Shown here: positions 1 to 9,745 of the stretch, in pieces
How positions within the stretch are numbered: position 1 is the stretch's first letter
How the letters are laid out: each line of letters opens with the position of its first letter
Origin: an uncultured Eubacteriales bacterium
Lineage (GTDB): Bacteria; Bacillota; Clostridia; Peptostreptococcales; Anaerovoracaceae
Direction of reading: 5' to 3'
NCBI GenBank assembly: GCA_902779185.1
Contig: CACZAM010000006.1
Span: 6,189-70,188, forward strand
Length of the DNA: 64,000 nt
Notes under the pieces: model-generated
Told to the model about the DNA's origin: nothing
What the model saw: the letters and a program-made list of their open reading frames with translations, nothing else
Databases searched by the model: none
Position numbers and translations under genes: made by a program

Positions 1-275
1 TCATTCGCTTCGGACGCAGGCTCGGTAGCCTCCGGTTTTTCGTCTTCTTCTGCCGGCTCTTGCTCCGGCTCCTGAGCAGGTTCAGGCTCTGATGCCTTCT
101 CTTGCTCGTCGCCCGAGGCTTTTGGCTCTGCCGGTGCCTTCACTTCCTGTTCCACAGCTTCTTCATCACCTGTCTCATCAGCTAACGTGTAAACTGATGA
201 AGGCATATACGTGATCATCATTGCTGCGCAAAGAAGAAAAGCAAGAAACCTCTTAAAAGTTCCATTCTTCTTCAT
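1..275 (-). CDS. 5' end (first 91 codons) of a second giant secreted surface protein, paralog of 697..9522; continues past the left edge of the window
   Basis: Reverse complement of 181-275 reads ATGAAGAAGAATGGAACTTTTAAGAGGTTTCTTGCT... = MKKNGTFKRFLAFLLCAAMMITYMPSSVYTLA. This is the same signal-peptide pattern as MRKNTTFKRLLAFLLCAAMAITYMPSAAFALA of the 2941-aa ORF, followed by a similar E/P/A-rich region. GGAGGGA Shine-Dalgarno (rc of 284-290) lies 8 nt upstream. The frame stays open to position 1. Absent from the ORF track because it is truncated. Confidence 0.7.
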   Translation of the reverse strand, partial: MKKNGTFKRFLAFLLCAAMMITYMPSSVYTLADETGDEEAVEQEVKAPAEPKASGDEQEKASEPEPAQEPEQEPAEEDEKPEATEPASEAN

Positions 276-582
276 AGTTTAAATCCCTCCTATAAAATGG
301 ATTGATCAATTAGTAATGATTCTTTTTATTGTAAATAGTTATTAAAATGTGAAATTTGGCATACTATACCATTCTTTATTTTTATCCTGGTTATTGTATA
401 CTCAAGCGCCAAAAAACGCAACAAAGGCGCTACTATTTCATCTGGATTTTATCACTTGCTTCGTCATCAATATCGTCATTCGTTCGCAAACTTATGACAA
501 TTATTCAAATTTTTCCATCAGGGCCCCTATATATGACTCATATGCAATCCGTTGACCCAAAATATGCCGGTTCATCTCACAC

Positions 583-617
583 AAAAAGGAGAGGACAGCT
601 CATTGCCGTCCCCTCCT
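583..617 (-). terminator. Rho-independent terminator downstream of the 2941-aa adhesin gene
   Basis: On the minus strand: AGGAGGGGACGGC-AATGA-GCTGTCCTCTCCT (13-bp stem with two G-U pairs) followed by TTTTTG. Confidence 0.6.
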
Positions 618-696
618 TACTAATTTGATTTACCAGTTCTCCTCAGGAATCTGACAGAGAATTATGTCCCCGGTCATTCCTTGCAGTTTGCTGTCA

Positions 697-3600
697 TCAT
701 GCTTCAGCTTCTGCTTCCGGCTGCTCTTCTTCGTCATCGAGTTCCGATGCTTTCTTGTTCAGAACAGCTGCAACAATCTGTGCTGCCAGCATGATCAGCA
801 TGAGGAGTGTCCACTTGTCAGTCAATACCATCGGCAGGCTCATGTCCTCAGTGAGGATGAATGTGATCGGTGCGGCAACTCCGGCAATCGCGCCTGCGAT
901 CTTGGATGCAAGCATCTTCTTGCCCCTGTTGTCCTCCTCATCCTCATCCTTTTCACCTTCAGGCTTATTTGCGCCGTCCTGATTCTCATCACCCTCTTCA
1001 TCCTCGTCGTCTTCCTCTTTCTTGCGGAAGAGTGCAACGGCTGCTCCGAGAGCTGTCACTATAGCCGAGATCAGGTTGATCAGCGCCCATGTACCTTCTG
1101 CCAGCGGCGTTTCAGGATCAACGATGTCAACTTCAGGCTCGACCTCAGGTACCGGATTGTCAGGTACGACCGTACCGTCTGCAGGAATTCCGCCGTCTCC
1201 AGGAGTAATCGCCGGAGTTCCGCCGCCTGCAGGAGTACCGCCGCCCGGGTTTCCGCCGCCGCCAGGAGTGACGTTTCCGCCAGGGTTGTTTCCGCCGTCG
1301 TCAGGGGTTTCGGTCGTGACTTCAACTGTGTCTGTGCCAGGAGTATCTTTTCCGTTCGGGTCCTTTCCTGATGCTGTAGCTGTGTTGACTACACTGCCGT
1401 TTGCAACGTCAGCTGCTGTTACAGTGTAGTTGTATTTGATCACTGCCTTTGCGCCAGGAGCCAGCGACTCGATCCTGTCACTGCCGTCTGCGAATGCTAC
1501 CAGCGAGTCATCAATAGTGATGTCCCTGATCGTTACATTACCTGTGTTAGTTACTGTAATTGTATAAGCGATTACCTGTCCCTGTATGACGTTTCCTGCC
1601 GGTCTTGCAGTCTTGCTGACTGTGAGTTCAGGCTTTTCTTTCTCAACAGGTGGGTTTGGTCCATCCGGATCATCTTCGTCACCCGTTGTGACAGTATCTT
1701 CACCTTCAGGTGTCTTCGGATTCTCAGGATCCTTCGGATCAGGAATCGGATCTCCCTTAGCAGTTACTGTGTTAGTGTAGCTTCCTGCAAGGATGTCTTC
1801 CTCTGTTACTGTATGACTCGTCTCGAACGTCTTTTTATCGCCTACAGCCAGGCTTGCGATCTTTGTGCTGAAACCTGTCTGCTCATCGACTACATTCACG
1901 TTCTTATAGGTCGTATTACCCTCGTTCTTCACCGTGATCCTGTACTCGATAGTCTCGCCAAGCTTGAACGCCTTGCCTTCTGCAGGCTTGTTTGAAATCT
2001 CCTTGTTCACCGACATTGTGGTGTCAGGACCTTCAGTAGGATCTTCTGTTGTATCAGGATCAACATCCGGATCCTTACCTTCAGGGTCAACGCCTTTAGC
2101 TGTAGCACTATTCTTGACGCTGCCTGCCAGTATATCCTGCTCAGTGACTGCGTGCTCGAATGATGCTGTTGCTGTCTCACCAGGCTTCAGTTCTGTCTTA
2201 TCGAGCCTGTCGCTGATATCCTCAGCCGCATAGCCCTGAACAGTATCCGTTACCTTGATGTTTCTGATAGTTACATTACCATCATTTCTGACATCGATCC
2301 TGTAAGAGATCTTGTCGCCAAGTGCATATCCGTCTTTCGGAACTGCGCTTGTCGTGGTCTTTGTAACCGTCAGATGAGCGTTCTTGTCTGCTGTCGTTAC
2401 AGTTGCGTCAGCGGTCTTTGTGATGTTTCCGACCTTTGCCGTAACTGTGTTCGTGAATGATCCCTTCACGATGTCAGCTTCTTTGATTATGTAAGTTGCT
2501 GTTGTTTCAAACTTTTCACCGGCTGCTACCTTCTCTGATGCCTTTGAAAGGATTACTCCATCGATCTCGCTGAGAGTAATGGTCTGCTCCTTGTCATAGA
2601 TATTGGTTGCAACGATAGTGAATGTTACCGTATCTCCAAGGGCGAAATTCTCGCCCTTAGCTGACTTGGTTACCACCAGATCCGGATTGATCGGATCATC
2701 CGGCGTTTCATTGTCTGTTACGCTCAGCGTTCCGGTGACAGTTTTAATAGTGTAGTTCTTAGCCTTGGTTCCTTCATTCAGCGTGTAGGTGAATGTGTTT
2801 GGGCTGCTTCCTACCAGAGTCTGTGTTCCTGTAACAGTGTAAGCAGCACCATCGTTGCCGGCGAATCCTTCTGCCGTTACCGTGTTGTCAGTAAGAGCTG
2901 TTCCGTCATAGACCTTGCTGGCCGTTGCCGAAGTAAGCGTTACTGCAGCAGGTGTGATAGAGAGGCTTCCGTTCTTTGTGCTTACAGCGAATTCCGAAGT
3001 AACGTTATTACCATGTGCATCAGTTACTATTGCAGTACCTGTGATGTTGTTGGTGTATTCTCCTGCATCGGTCTTCTTAGGATCCTCTGTCTTAAGACCA
3101 CTTACAGTGTACATGTTACCTTCAACATTGAACGTAAGAGTCTTGAAGCCGGTGGCTGAGTGCTCTTTGCCATCGTAGACCGCCTCTGCGCTGTTTGCTT
3201 CTACTGTTATCTCGAACTTAGCACCTCTGTTTGTAACGGTCAGAGTACCAAGTGCAATAGTGATATCGTAGTTCTTGATCTTTGTTCCTTCATTCAGCGT
3301 GTATGCGAATGTGTTAGGGCTGGAGCCAGGCATCAGCTGTGATCCTGTCACATTGTATGCAGCGCCTTCGCCTGTAACGAATCCATCGCCGCCTACTGTA
3401 ACATTGCTGTTTGTAAGTGCTGTTCCATCATACTCCTTAGAATCGGTAGCCGATGTAAGTGTAACCGTTCTCTTAGCGATCTCAAGCTTTCCGTCAACGA
3501 TCACGAACTCTACGTTTGTGAAGTTGTCACTGCTGTTTCTGAAGTCTTCCGACTTGAGCTGCATTGGATAAACGCCTGCATCTGTGCCCTTGACCGTCGC

Positions 3601-6600
3601 ATCTCCACTGAATGCGAAGTCATCTTCTGTGTACAGAGGGTTGCTGATGCTGGTTACAGTGTAGCCTGTGACAGTCTTCTCTATACCATCGTACTTCTTG
3701 CTTCCGGAATTCTCTGTGATCGTTACAGTGACTTTGTCAGTTAAAGCAGTGACCGTCAGAGTTCCCTCAGCCTTTTTGATATCATAGTTGGCCGCCTCTG
3801 TGCCTTCATTCAGTGTGTAAGTGAATTTGTTAGCACTGCTGCCTTTGTCGATCTGGCTTCCTGTCACATCATATGTTGCGCCTTCGCCTGTAACGAATCC
3901 ATCGCCGCCTACTGTAACATTGCTGTTTGTAAGTGCTGTTCCATCATACTCCTTAGAATCAGTAGCCGATGTAAGCGTCACAGTTCTCGGCGTGATCGTA
4001 AGTGTGCCCGGCGTATATGTAACTGAATAGTAGCCTGGGATACCTGTGATAGCCGCCTGCTCTGTTTCAGTCAGATAATTCCTTGGGCTTTCCGACACAC
4101 CGGTGATCGATGGAGCATCACCAAGAACTGTTTCAATAGCAGCCTTGTCAGCATCCAGAGCGCCTTCGATTGTGTATTCACCATCAAGAGCCTTGCCATC
4201 GTACGTCTTGCTGTCAGTCTTGGCAGTAATTGTCAGAGGCAGTGTGTAGTAAATAGTTATAACATTGCCACCAGTTGATACAGTTACTTTCTGTGATGGA
4301 TCGTAACTGTCAACAGTCAGATCCATGCTCTGATATGTGGTTACCGGCTGTGCAGTGTACTCTGATCCGATTGTTAAGGTAATCCTTTCATCATCTGCAA
4401 CCTGAGTAGTCGTTCCTTTCAGGTAGTGATGAACTGTAACTGCAGCCTTGTTCTGTTTGAAGTAAACACTAAGGACAGTGCTGCCGTTTCCGTCTACTAT
4501 GCCGGTCCAGGCTTCCTTCCTGGTTTCATCCAGCAAATACGTTGCATCGTCTGGCACCTTGTCATCTGAGGTTACAGAGACCTCAGTGCCAGTCAGCGCC
4601 TGACGGGTAACGCTTTTTGCTTCTGTACCCGGATATGTACCATCATCGTTCATATAAAAGTACTTTACAGTGTAATTGACTTTCACCGCTTTCCATACAG
4701 CATACATGCCGTCATAAGGGGTATTTTCGTCTGCAAAAACTCCAGTTGCAGTTTTTGTTTCCTGATTGCTGGCAGTATATGTATATCTGTTGTTATCCTT
4801 GTCAAATGTAAGGTACAGATCGCCCTCGCCTACATCATATGTATAGTAGGTCTCCGTTTTATCAGGATTTGTTTCAGGCTTTCTTGCCCATCCGAGGAAC
4901 TCATACCCGGCACGCGAAGGTGCATCCGGAATAGTTACTGTTTCGTTGATAGCAAGGTCATCATCACTTCTAATGATTCCGTCAGCACTATTCGTATAGT
5001 TGTTGTACCAATAGATGTGTGTCGGCGTTGCATCTTCTGCCGAGCCATACTGAGCACGAAGCTGTACAGTGTATGTGGCGGACTTTATTGTTGTGCCATC
5101 CTCCTCGTATTCTATCCCGGTGATCTGCGCGTCTTCATATTTGACTGTGAATCTGTCACCCGCAAAGACTCTCTGATCTGTGTCTACATAGTCACCCTGA
5201 CCGTCTTCGCCTGCCTCCGGATCCCATTTCTGTACGACCCAGTACTGGAAAGCCAGCTGCGTCTCGCCTTCCTGTGCATCCGGAGCCCTGGCTGCCGGAC
5301 GTGCAATGGCCTGTGCCTGATCTGAATACATGTTTGGATCAATAGGCGCACCGCTGCCCACTACCTCATTACCGTCACCGTCCTTTCCGGTTGCGGTATA
5401 TGTGACATTGATACCGTCAGCGCCATCGAGTATCCTTCTCCAGCTTGCATACAGATTGATCTCTCCGACAGTTCCAGGATAATTTGTCTTGTCATATCTG
5501 GAGTCTGTACCGTCCAGATTGTAGAGCTCACCATACTTTCCAACGGTGGTACTATTTACAACAAAGGCGTCAAAATCCCACACTTTGCTGAGTTTCTCAT
5601 TGGTAAACCATCCGATAAGATCATACAGCTGACGCTCACCGCCTACATTTCCGACTTTTTCACCATTATCGGTATAGAAGGTGTCATTTGTCGGCTGCCC
5701 ATCTGTTGATCCGTAATAGCCAGCTCCATTTTCGTCAACGTATTTAAAAGTAGTATCACCATCTTCTCTCGGATGAAGCGTTACTTTAAACTCTTTAAGC
5801 ACCCACTTAGCATATACGGTAATACCGTCTTCAGGCATAGTAGTGAAGGTGTATTTCTTTGTACACAGATCATCAGAGTACCAGCCAAGGAAGACATAGT
5901 TAGAGCCGTCTGCAATCTTATTTGTCGGATCGTATTCATTATACTCACTGACATCTTCCTGGTATGTGATGGCATTGTCATCCTGAAGCGAATACAGAGT
6001 ATTCGATTTGTTATTCTTGATGATATTATGTCTGCCATCCTCATAAACACCATCTTTGAAAAGGATAGGGTATTTCACAGGATCATAGAAATAGTATATC
6101 TCACGACCTGTGGTGCCTGAATGCGGGCGATTATCCTGTCTCCCTACAAATTCATATCCTTTATATGAAGGATCATGCTGATCGCCCCACTCCGACCCTG
6201 AATATACATCAATGGTTTCATTCAGGTAGTAAAGATTGTTATTGTATTCTCTTGTATCCTCATACGAGGCACCCGTCTGTGCTTTAAAGTAAATGTAATA
6301 CTTATACTCATTTGGTCTGGTGTTATACTGAGCAATAAGATAGGCATCCGGTTTCGAAAGATCTCCAATGATCTGCTCGTCCAGAATGGTAAGCTTACCT
6401 TTTACCGTGCTTCCTCCATTGCCGCCGGTCCTCGCCTTTGCTCCAGGCATAAGGATCCAGCTGTTAAGATACTCGTTATTAGCGGCACCGCCGCCAACCG
6501 CTCTGTAATCATTGAAGTCTCCGTATGCAGGCCACTGACCGCTTATATTTGCTCCGTATTTAGCTGTAATATAAACATAGTAGAACGTTCCTCCCTGATC

Positions 6601-9522
6601 GTCACCGATGTTATCGCTGCCGGTTGGCAGGCTACTGCCTATATAACCCGGTGTAAAGCCATTGCTTGCATTTACCCACGAATATGTGCCATTGCGTGCA
6701 ATCTGCCAACGGTTGTTATAGTACCTTGCATAGTAGAACTTAAGTGTATAAGACCTGCGGTTAAAGTACACATTAAGAACAGATGTGCCGTTTGCAGAAA
6801 CCTTGCCGTCGTTATTGGAGTCACACTTATCATATATAAAGCCTTCACATGCTTTACCGTAATCAGAATCTGTTTGCGGAACACTTAGAAACGGAATGAA
6901 TACATCCTCTCCGTTCACCTGAATCTTAGACTCTCCGACAGTAGCATTAAGGTATTCCGACATATCGCTATCAGTCAGCGCATTGTCGATCTTAATGGAT
7001 CTGACAAAGTCATAACCACCGGAAAGGTCTTCCTGCCAAATCATTACGTTAAAGCTGGACTCAGTCTCTTGTGTCCACTTTGCATAAGCATGCGCAGTAT
7101 CTTTGATAGGCTGTGTGATATCAAATTCCTCTGTGCATCCAGCGTCTTTATACCATCCACCAAATATGTACCCGATACGTATTGGTTCATCCGGCATTCC
7201 CGCTGTCTCCGGTGTTTCATCCGTACCAACAAACAAAGGAGCGGTATAAGATGCACCCGATCCATTTTCATGGAATACCAGCCAATGGCCATAAGCGACC
7301 TGCGCATACAGAAGAAGCGTCGATGCTTCCAGATCATATGACGCCATATCGATAGTATCACCATTCTGATACGTCTCGGTAACAACCGGATTTTCAGGAT
7401 CAGTGTTGTCAACTAAAGCCCATCCGTCAAAGTTCGCAGCCTTGTCTTCATCTTCCGCATCACTGCCGGTCACATAATATGGAGTGTAGGTGAACTGGAC
7501 AGTATACGGTATTGTATCAGCTCCCTCTTTGTAAAGCACTTCATCCGTAAAAATGGTTACTCCAAGCTCATCGATATAAGAAACATGGTATGACTTGAAG
7601 ACCATTGCATAAAGGTCTATCTTGTCGCCATCTTCGACTGTACCGCTGTTCAGCCGAGCAGTTACCTTATCACGAACCTGAGCGATATCCATTCCGCTCT
7701 CGGAATCCGATACATCGAAGTCGCCTTTTTCGGTCCAGCCCTTGAACACTTCGCCAGTTCCCAGTTCGATACCCGGATCATAGATGTTAACGTTCATCTG
7801 ACCTGCATCAAGCTGGTTCTTGGTAAGGCTCATGGATGCAATAGGGTTTTCCACGCCTACTTTATAGAAATTGACTTCCAGACGCGCGTCCGGATCAGTG
7901 CCTTCTACCACTACATAAATCGAGAACCCGTCCGTCCTGAACTGTGCAGTGGTATCAGTTGCAGTTGTCAGATCCATGACTTCTGCCCTGTTGGAAGCAG
8001 TATCCTTGACATGAACAACAGTCAGGTCTTCATTAGAGCTGAAAGCTCCAGTCGAAAGTTTAACAGTTACATCTTTCTTTGGCTGGATATCACTATCTGT
8101 ATCTGTATAGAAAGTGATATCGACAGCTCTGAAGTCGCTGAAGTCACCGCTCATAGCGTTCTCTACAGCATCTTTCACCGCGGCCTTGCTCACAGAAGTG
8201 ACTCTCATTTTTGTCCCTTCCGGGAAAGTCCCCGGTTTTGCGAATACCATAACATCTACCGAGTTCGCTTTGCCTGTAAAGAAAATCGGCTCCCTGTTAA
8301 GGACCGGCTCTTTTTCAGTCACCTCTTCTTCAGGCTCAACTGCGAGCTCTTCTTCGATTGCTTCCTCTTCCGGTTCAGCTGCAGGTTCTTCTTCTGCGAG
8401 CTCTTCCTCGATTGCTTCTTCCAGTTCAGCTGCAGGTTTTTCTTCCGCGAGTTCTTCCTCTGCGTCTGTTACCTGCTCTTCTTCTGCGAGTTCTTCTTCT
8501 GCATTTTCTGCAGGAACATCAGAGTCGGGGTCTGCTTCTTCAGCATCCTCCTCTCCGCCGCCGCTCTCTTCAGTGTCAGCGCTCTCTTTGGCTTTCACTG
8601 TGACCATGACAAGTCTGGCAAAGTTACGACCTTCGAACTTACCACTGCTTGCTGTCATGGTGCCCTGGAGCCTTTTGACATTTCTGTTTGCGTCTCTGTT
8701 GTAAACAGTCAGATCGCTGCCGTTGATATTATCGCTGCTCAGCTTGACTGTTACCGCCTTCTTCGGCTCGACTTTTTTGCCGCCTTTTGTAAAGGCGATG
8801 TCGACAGAAAGCAACTCGTCAATGTCTTTGTCTTCAGCAATGAAGTCTGCTACCACCATCTCTGCCTCGCTGTCGGACACCTTATCAACGTCAAGTTTTA
8901 CGCCCTCAGGAAGTGCTCCTTTCGGTGCATTTACCTCAACGTCAACGCCTCCCGCTGTTCCTCTCAGCTTAACAGCCGGGAATTCCGGTGTATCGTCAGC
9001 CTTCTCCTCTGCAGCCGGTTCTTCTTTCTTTGCAGTGTCGTCGGCTTTTGCCGGTGTTTCCGGCTCTGCTTCGGCTTCAGGTTCGGCTGCCTCCGGTGCT
9101 GCAGCTTCTGCTGTGGACTCTGCTTCGGCCTCAGGCTCAGATGCCTCCGGCGCCGCAGTCTCTGCTGCCGGCTCTGGCTCCGGTTCCGGAGCAGGCTCAG
9201 GATCTGCCGGTGCCACAGCTTCCTCTTTCGGCTCTGGCTTAGGTTCCGGAGCAGGTTCAGGCTCTGCCGGCGCCGCAGCTTCTGCTTTCGGCTCTGGCTC
9301 CGGCTCCGGCTTCGGCTCCGGAGCAGGTTCAGGCTCCGGAGCCTTCTTCTGCTCACCAGCCGAGGCTTTCGGCTCTGCCGGTGCCTTCGCTTCCTGTTCC
9401 ACAGCGGCTTCATCACCCGTATCTTCAGCCAGCGCAAACGCTGCCGAAGGCATATAGGTGATGGCCATTGCTGCGCAGAGAAGAAACGCAAGCAACCTTT
9501 TAAAAGTTGTGTTTTTTCTCAT
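697..9522 (-). CDS. Giant (2941 aa) secreted, membrane-anchored multi-repeat adhesin; no LPXTG signal
   Basis: Uninterrupted 8.8-kb ORF with signal peptide MRKNTTFKRLLAFLLCAAMAITYMPSAAFA. It contains:
- P/E/A-rich low complexity (PEPEPAPEPKPEP) and acidic EEELAEEE repeats
- Listeria-Bacteroides-type repeats (GYIFGGWYKDAGCTEEF...AYAKW)
- MBG/YDG-type repeats (TVTLTSATDSKEYDGTALT, at least 3 copies)
- DUF11-type repeats (GQVIAYTITVTNTGNVTIRDITIDD and 4 relatives)
- a Gly/Pro linker
The tail is PLAEG-WALINLISAIVTALGAAVALF plus two more hydrophobic segments separated by acidic spacers. Confidence 0.9.
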   Translation of the reverse strand: MRKNTTFKRLLAFLLCAAMAITYMPSAAFALAEDTGDEAAVEQEAKAPAEPKASAGEQKKAPEPEPAPEPKPEPEPEPKAEAAAPAEPEPAPEPKPEPKEEAVAPADPEPAPEPEPEPAAETAAPEASEPEAEAESTAEAAAPEAAEPEAEAEPETPAKADDTAKKEEPAAEEKADDTPEFPAVKLRGTAGGVDVEVNAPKGALPEGVKLDVDKVSDSEAEMVVADFIAEDKDIDELLSVDIAFTKGGKKVEPKKAVTVKLSSDNINGSDLTVYNRDANRNVKRLQGTMTASSGKFEGRNFARLVMVTVKAKESADTEESGGGEEDAEEADPDSDVPAENAEEELAEEEQVTDAEEELAEEKPAAELEEAIEEELAEEEPAAEPEEEAIEEELAVEPEEEVTEKEPVLNREPIFFTGKANSVDVMVFAKPGTFPEGTKMRVTSVSKAAVKDAVENAMSGDFSDFRAVDITFYTDTDSDIQPKKDVTVKLSTGAFSSNEDLTVVHVKDTASNRAEVMDLTTATDTTAQFRTDGFSIYVVVEGTDPDARLEVNFYKVGVENPIASMSLTKNQLDAGQMNVNIYDPGIELGTGEVFKGWTEKGDFDVSDSESGMDIAQVRDKVTARLNSGTVEDGDKIDLYAMVFKSYHVSYIDELGVTIFTDEVLYKEGADTIPYTVQFTYTPYYVTGSDAEDEDKAANFDGWALVDNTDPENPVVTETYQNGDTIDMASYDLEASTLLLYAQVAYGHWLVFHENGSGASYTAPLFVGTDETPETAGMPDEPIRIGYIFGGWYKDAGCTEEFDITQPIKDTAHAYAKWTQETESSFNVMIWQEDLSGGYDFVRSIKIDNALTDSDMSEYLNATVGESKIQVNGEDVFIPFLSVPQTDSDYGKACEGFIYDKCDSNNDGKVSANGTSVLNVYFNRRSYTLKFYYARYYNNRWQIARNGTYSWVNASNGFTPGYIGSSLPTGSDNIGDDQGGTFYYVYITAKYGANISGQWPAYGDFNDYRAVGGGAANNEYLNSWILMPGAKARTGGNGGSTVKGKLTILDEQIIGDLSKPDAYLIAQYNTRPNEYKYYIYFKAQTGASYEDTREYNNNLYYLNETIDVYSGSEWGDQHDPSYKGYEFVGRQDNRPHSGTTGREIYYFYDPVKYPILFKDGVYEDGRHNIIKNNKSNTLYSLQDDNAITYQEDVSEYNEYDPTNKIADGSNYVFLGWYSDDLCTKKYTFTTMPEDGITVYAKWVLKEFKVTLHPREDGDTTFKYVDENGAGYYGSTDGQPTNDTFYTDNGEKVGNVGGERQLYDLIGWFTNEKLSKVWDFDAFVVNSTTVGKYGELYNLDGTDSRYDKTNYPGTVGEINLYASWRRILDGADGINVTYTATGKDGDGNEVVGSGAPIDPNMYSDQAQAIARPAARAPDAQEGETQLAFQYWVVQKWDPEAGEDGQGDYVDTDQRVFAGDRFTVKYEDAQITGIEYEEDGTTIKSATYTVQLRAQYGSAEDATPTHIYWYNNYTNSADGIIRSDDDLAINETVTIPDAPSRAGYEFLGWARKPETNPDKTETYYTYDVGEGDLYLTFDKDNNRYTYTASNQETKTATGVFADENTPYDGMYAVWKAVKVNYTVKYFYMNDDGTYPGTEAKSVTRQALTGTEVSVTSDDKVPDDATYLLDETRKEAWTGIVDGNGSTVLSVYFKQNKAAVTVHHYLKGTTTQVADDERITLTIGSEYTAQPVTTYQSMDLTVDSYDPSQKVTVSTGGNVITIYYTLPLTITAKTDSKTYDGKALDGEYTIEGALDADKAAIETVLGDAPSITGVSESPRNYLTETEQAAITGIPGYYSVTYTPGTLTITPRTVTLTSATDSKEYDGTALTNSNVTVGGDGFVTGEGATYDVTGSQIDKGSSANKFTYTLNEGTEAANYDIKKAEGTLTVTALTDKVTVTITENSGSKKYDGIEKTVTGYTVTSISNPLYTEDDFAFSGDATVKGTDAGVYPMQLKSEDFRNSSDNFTNVEFVIVDGKLEIAKRTVTLTSATDSKEYDGTALTNSNVTVGGDGFVTGEGAAYNVTGSQLMPGSSPNTFAYTLNEGTKIKNYDITIALGTLTVTNRGAKFEITVEANSAEAVYDGKEHSATGFKTLTFNVEGNMYTVSGLKTEDPKKTDAGEYTNNITGTAIVTDAHGNNVTSEFAVSTKNGSLSITPAAVTLTSATASKVYDGTALTDNTVTAEGFAGNDGAAYTVTGTQTLVGSSPNTFTYTLNEGTKAKNYTIKTVTGTLSVTDNETPDDPINPDLVVTKSAKGENFALGDTVTFTIVATNIYDKEQTITLSEIDGVILSKASEKVAAGEKFETTATYIIKEADIVKGSFTNTVTAKVGNITKTADATVTTADKNAHLTVTKTTTSAVPKDGYALGDKISYRIDVRNDGNVTIRNIKVTDTVQGYAAEDISDRLDKTELKPGETATASFEHAVTEQDILAGSVKNSATAKGVDPEGKDPDVDPDTTEDPTEGPDTTMSVNKEISNKPAEGKAFKLGETIEYRITVKNEGNTTYKNVNVVDEQTGFSTKIASLAVGDKKTFETSHTVTEEDILAGSYTNTVTAKGDPIPDPKDPENPKTPEGEDTVTTGDEDDPDGPNPPVEKEKPELTVSKTARPAGNVIQGQVIAYTITVTNTGNVTIRDITIDDSLVAFADGSDRIESLAPGAKAVIKYNYTVTAADVANGSVVNTATASGKDPNGKDTPGTDTVEVTTETPDDGGNNPGGNVTPGGGGNPGGGTPAGGGTPAITPGDGGIPADGTVVPDNPVPEVEPEVDIVDPETPLAEGTWALINLISAIVTALGAAVALFRKKEEDDEDEEGDENQDGANKPEGEKDEDEEDNRGKKMLASKIAGAIAGVAAPITFILTEDMSLPMVLTDKWTLLMLIMLAAQIVAAVLNKKASELDDEEEQPEAEAEA
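3343..3991 (-). repeat. Two ~130-bp near-identical direct repeats (3343-3475 and 3859-3991, offset 516 bp) inside the giant adhesin gene
   Basis: An 83-bp block is identical between 3362-3444 and 3878-3960 (gcgccttcgcctgtaacgaatccatcgccgcctactgtaacattgctg...), with only scattered mismatches around it. The repeats encode the duplicated peptide TVTLTSATDSKEYDGTALTNSNVTVGGDGFVTGEGA. Confidence 0.85.
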
Positions 9523-9651
9523 TTTGCGTTACCTCCCAATACTAAAAAATTAAAAAATGTAGAAATAGTTTATAAATGAGTACTTATGTCGCCGCATAGC
9601 GAAACCATTGTTACCCATTTCTATATAATATTGTAAACTTTATATAGTCAT

Positions 9652-9687
9652 AAAAAGCGTCACTATATAATAAATAGTGACGCTTTT
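9652..9687 (-). terminator. Hairpin terminator between the SipW gene and the giant adhesin gene (A-run/T-run on both sides, potentially bidirectional)
   Basis: Plus strand aaaaaGCGTCACTAT-ataataa-ATAGTGACGCtttt. This is a 10-bp perfect stem, followed by T-rich sequence on the minus strand. Confidence 0.6.
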
Positions 9688-9745
9688 AGATTATTTTCTT
9701 AACTTTTATACTTTTATGTTACATATACGAGCCTATCCAAGCCTT

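Noticed and set aside
8950-9400. A highly repetitive stretch (PEPEPAPEPKPEP and similar), considered as a possible tandem-repeat or CRISPR-like array.
   Set aside because: The repeats are short, imperfect and in frame within the adhesin ORF. There is no repeat-spacer periodicity and no cas genes. This is coding low-complexity linker.
664-9579. Many long ORFs in other frames or on the other strand inside the giant adhesin gene: 664..1371 +, 1022..1429 +, 8011..9579 +, 8114..8704 +, 8723..9457 +, 8964..9491 -.
   Set aside because: They are Ser/Ala/Arg/Cys/Leu-rich low-complexity shadows of the P/E/A-rich and repeat-coding frame. They have no RBS and lie fully within a 2941-aa ORF that has clear domain content.
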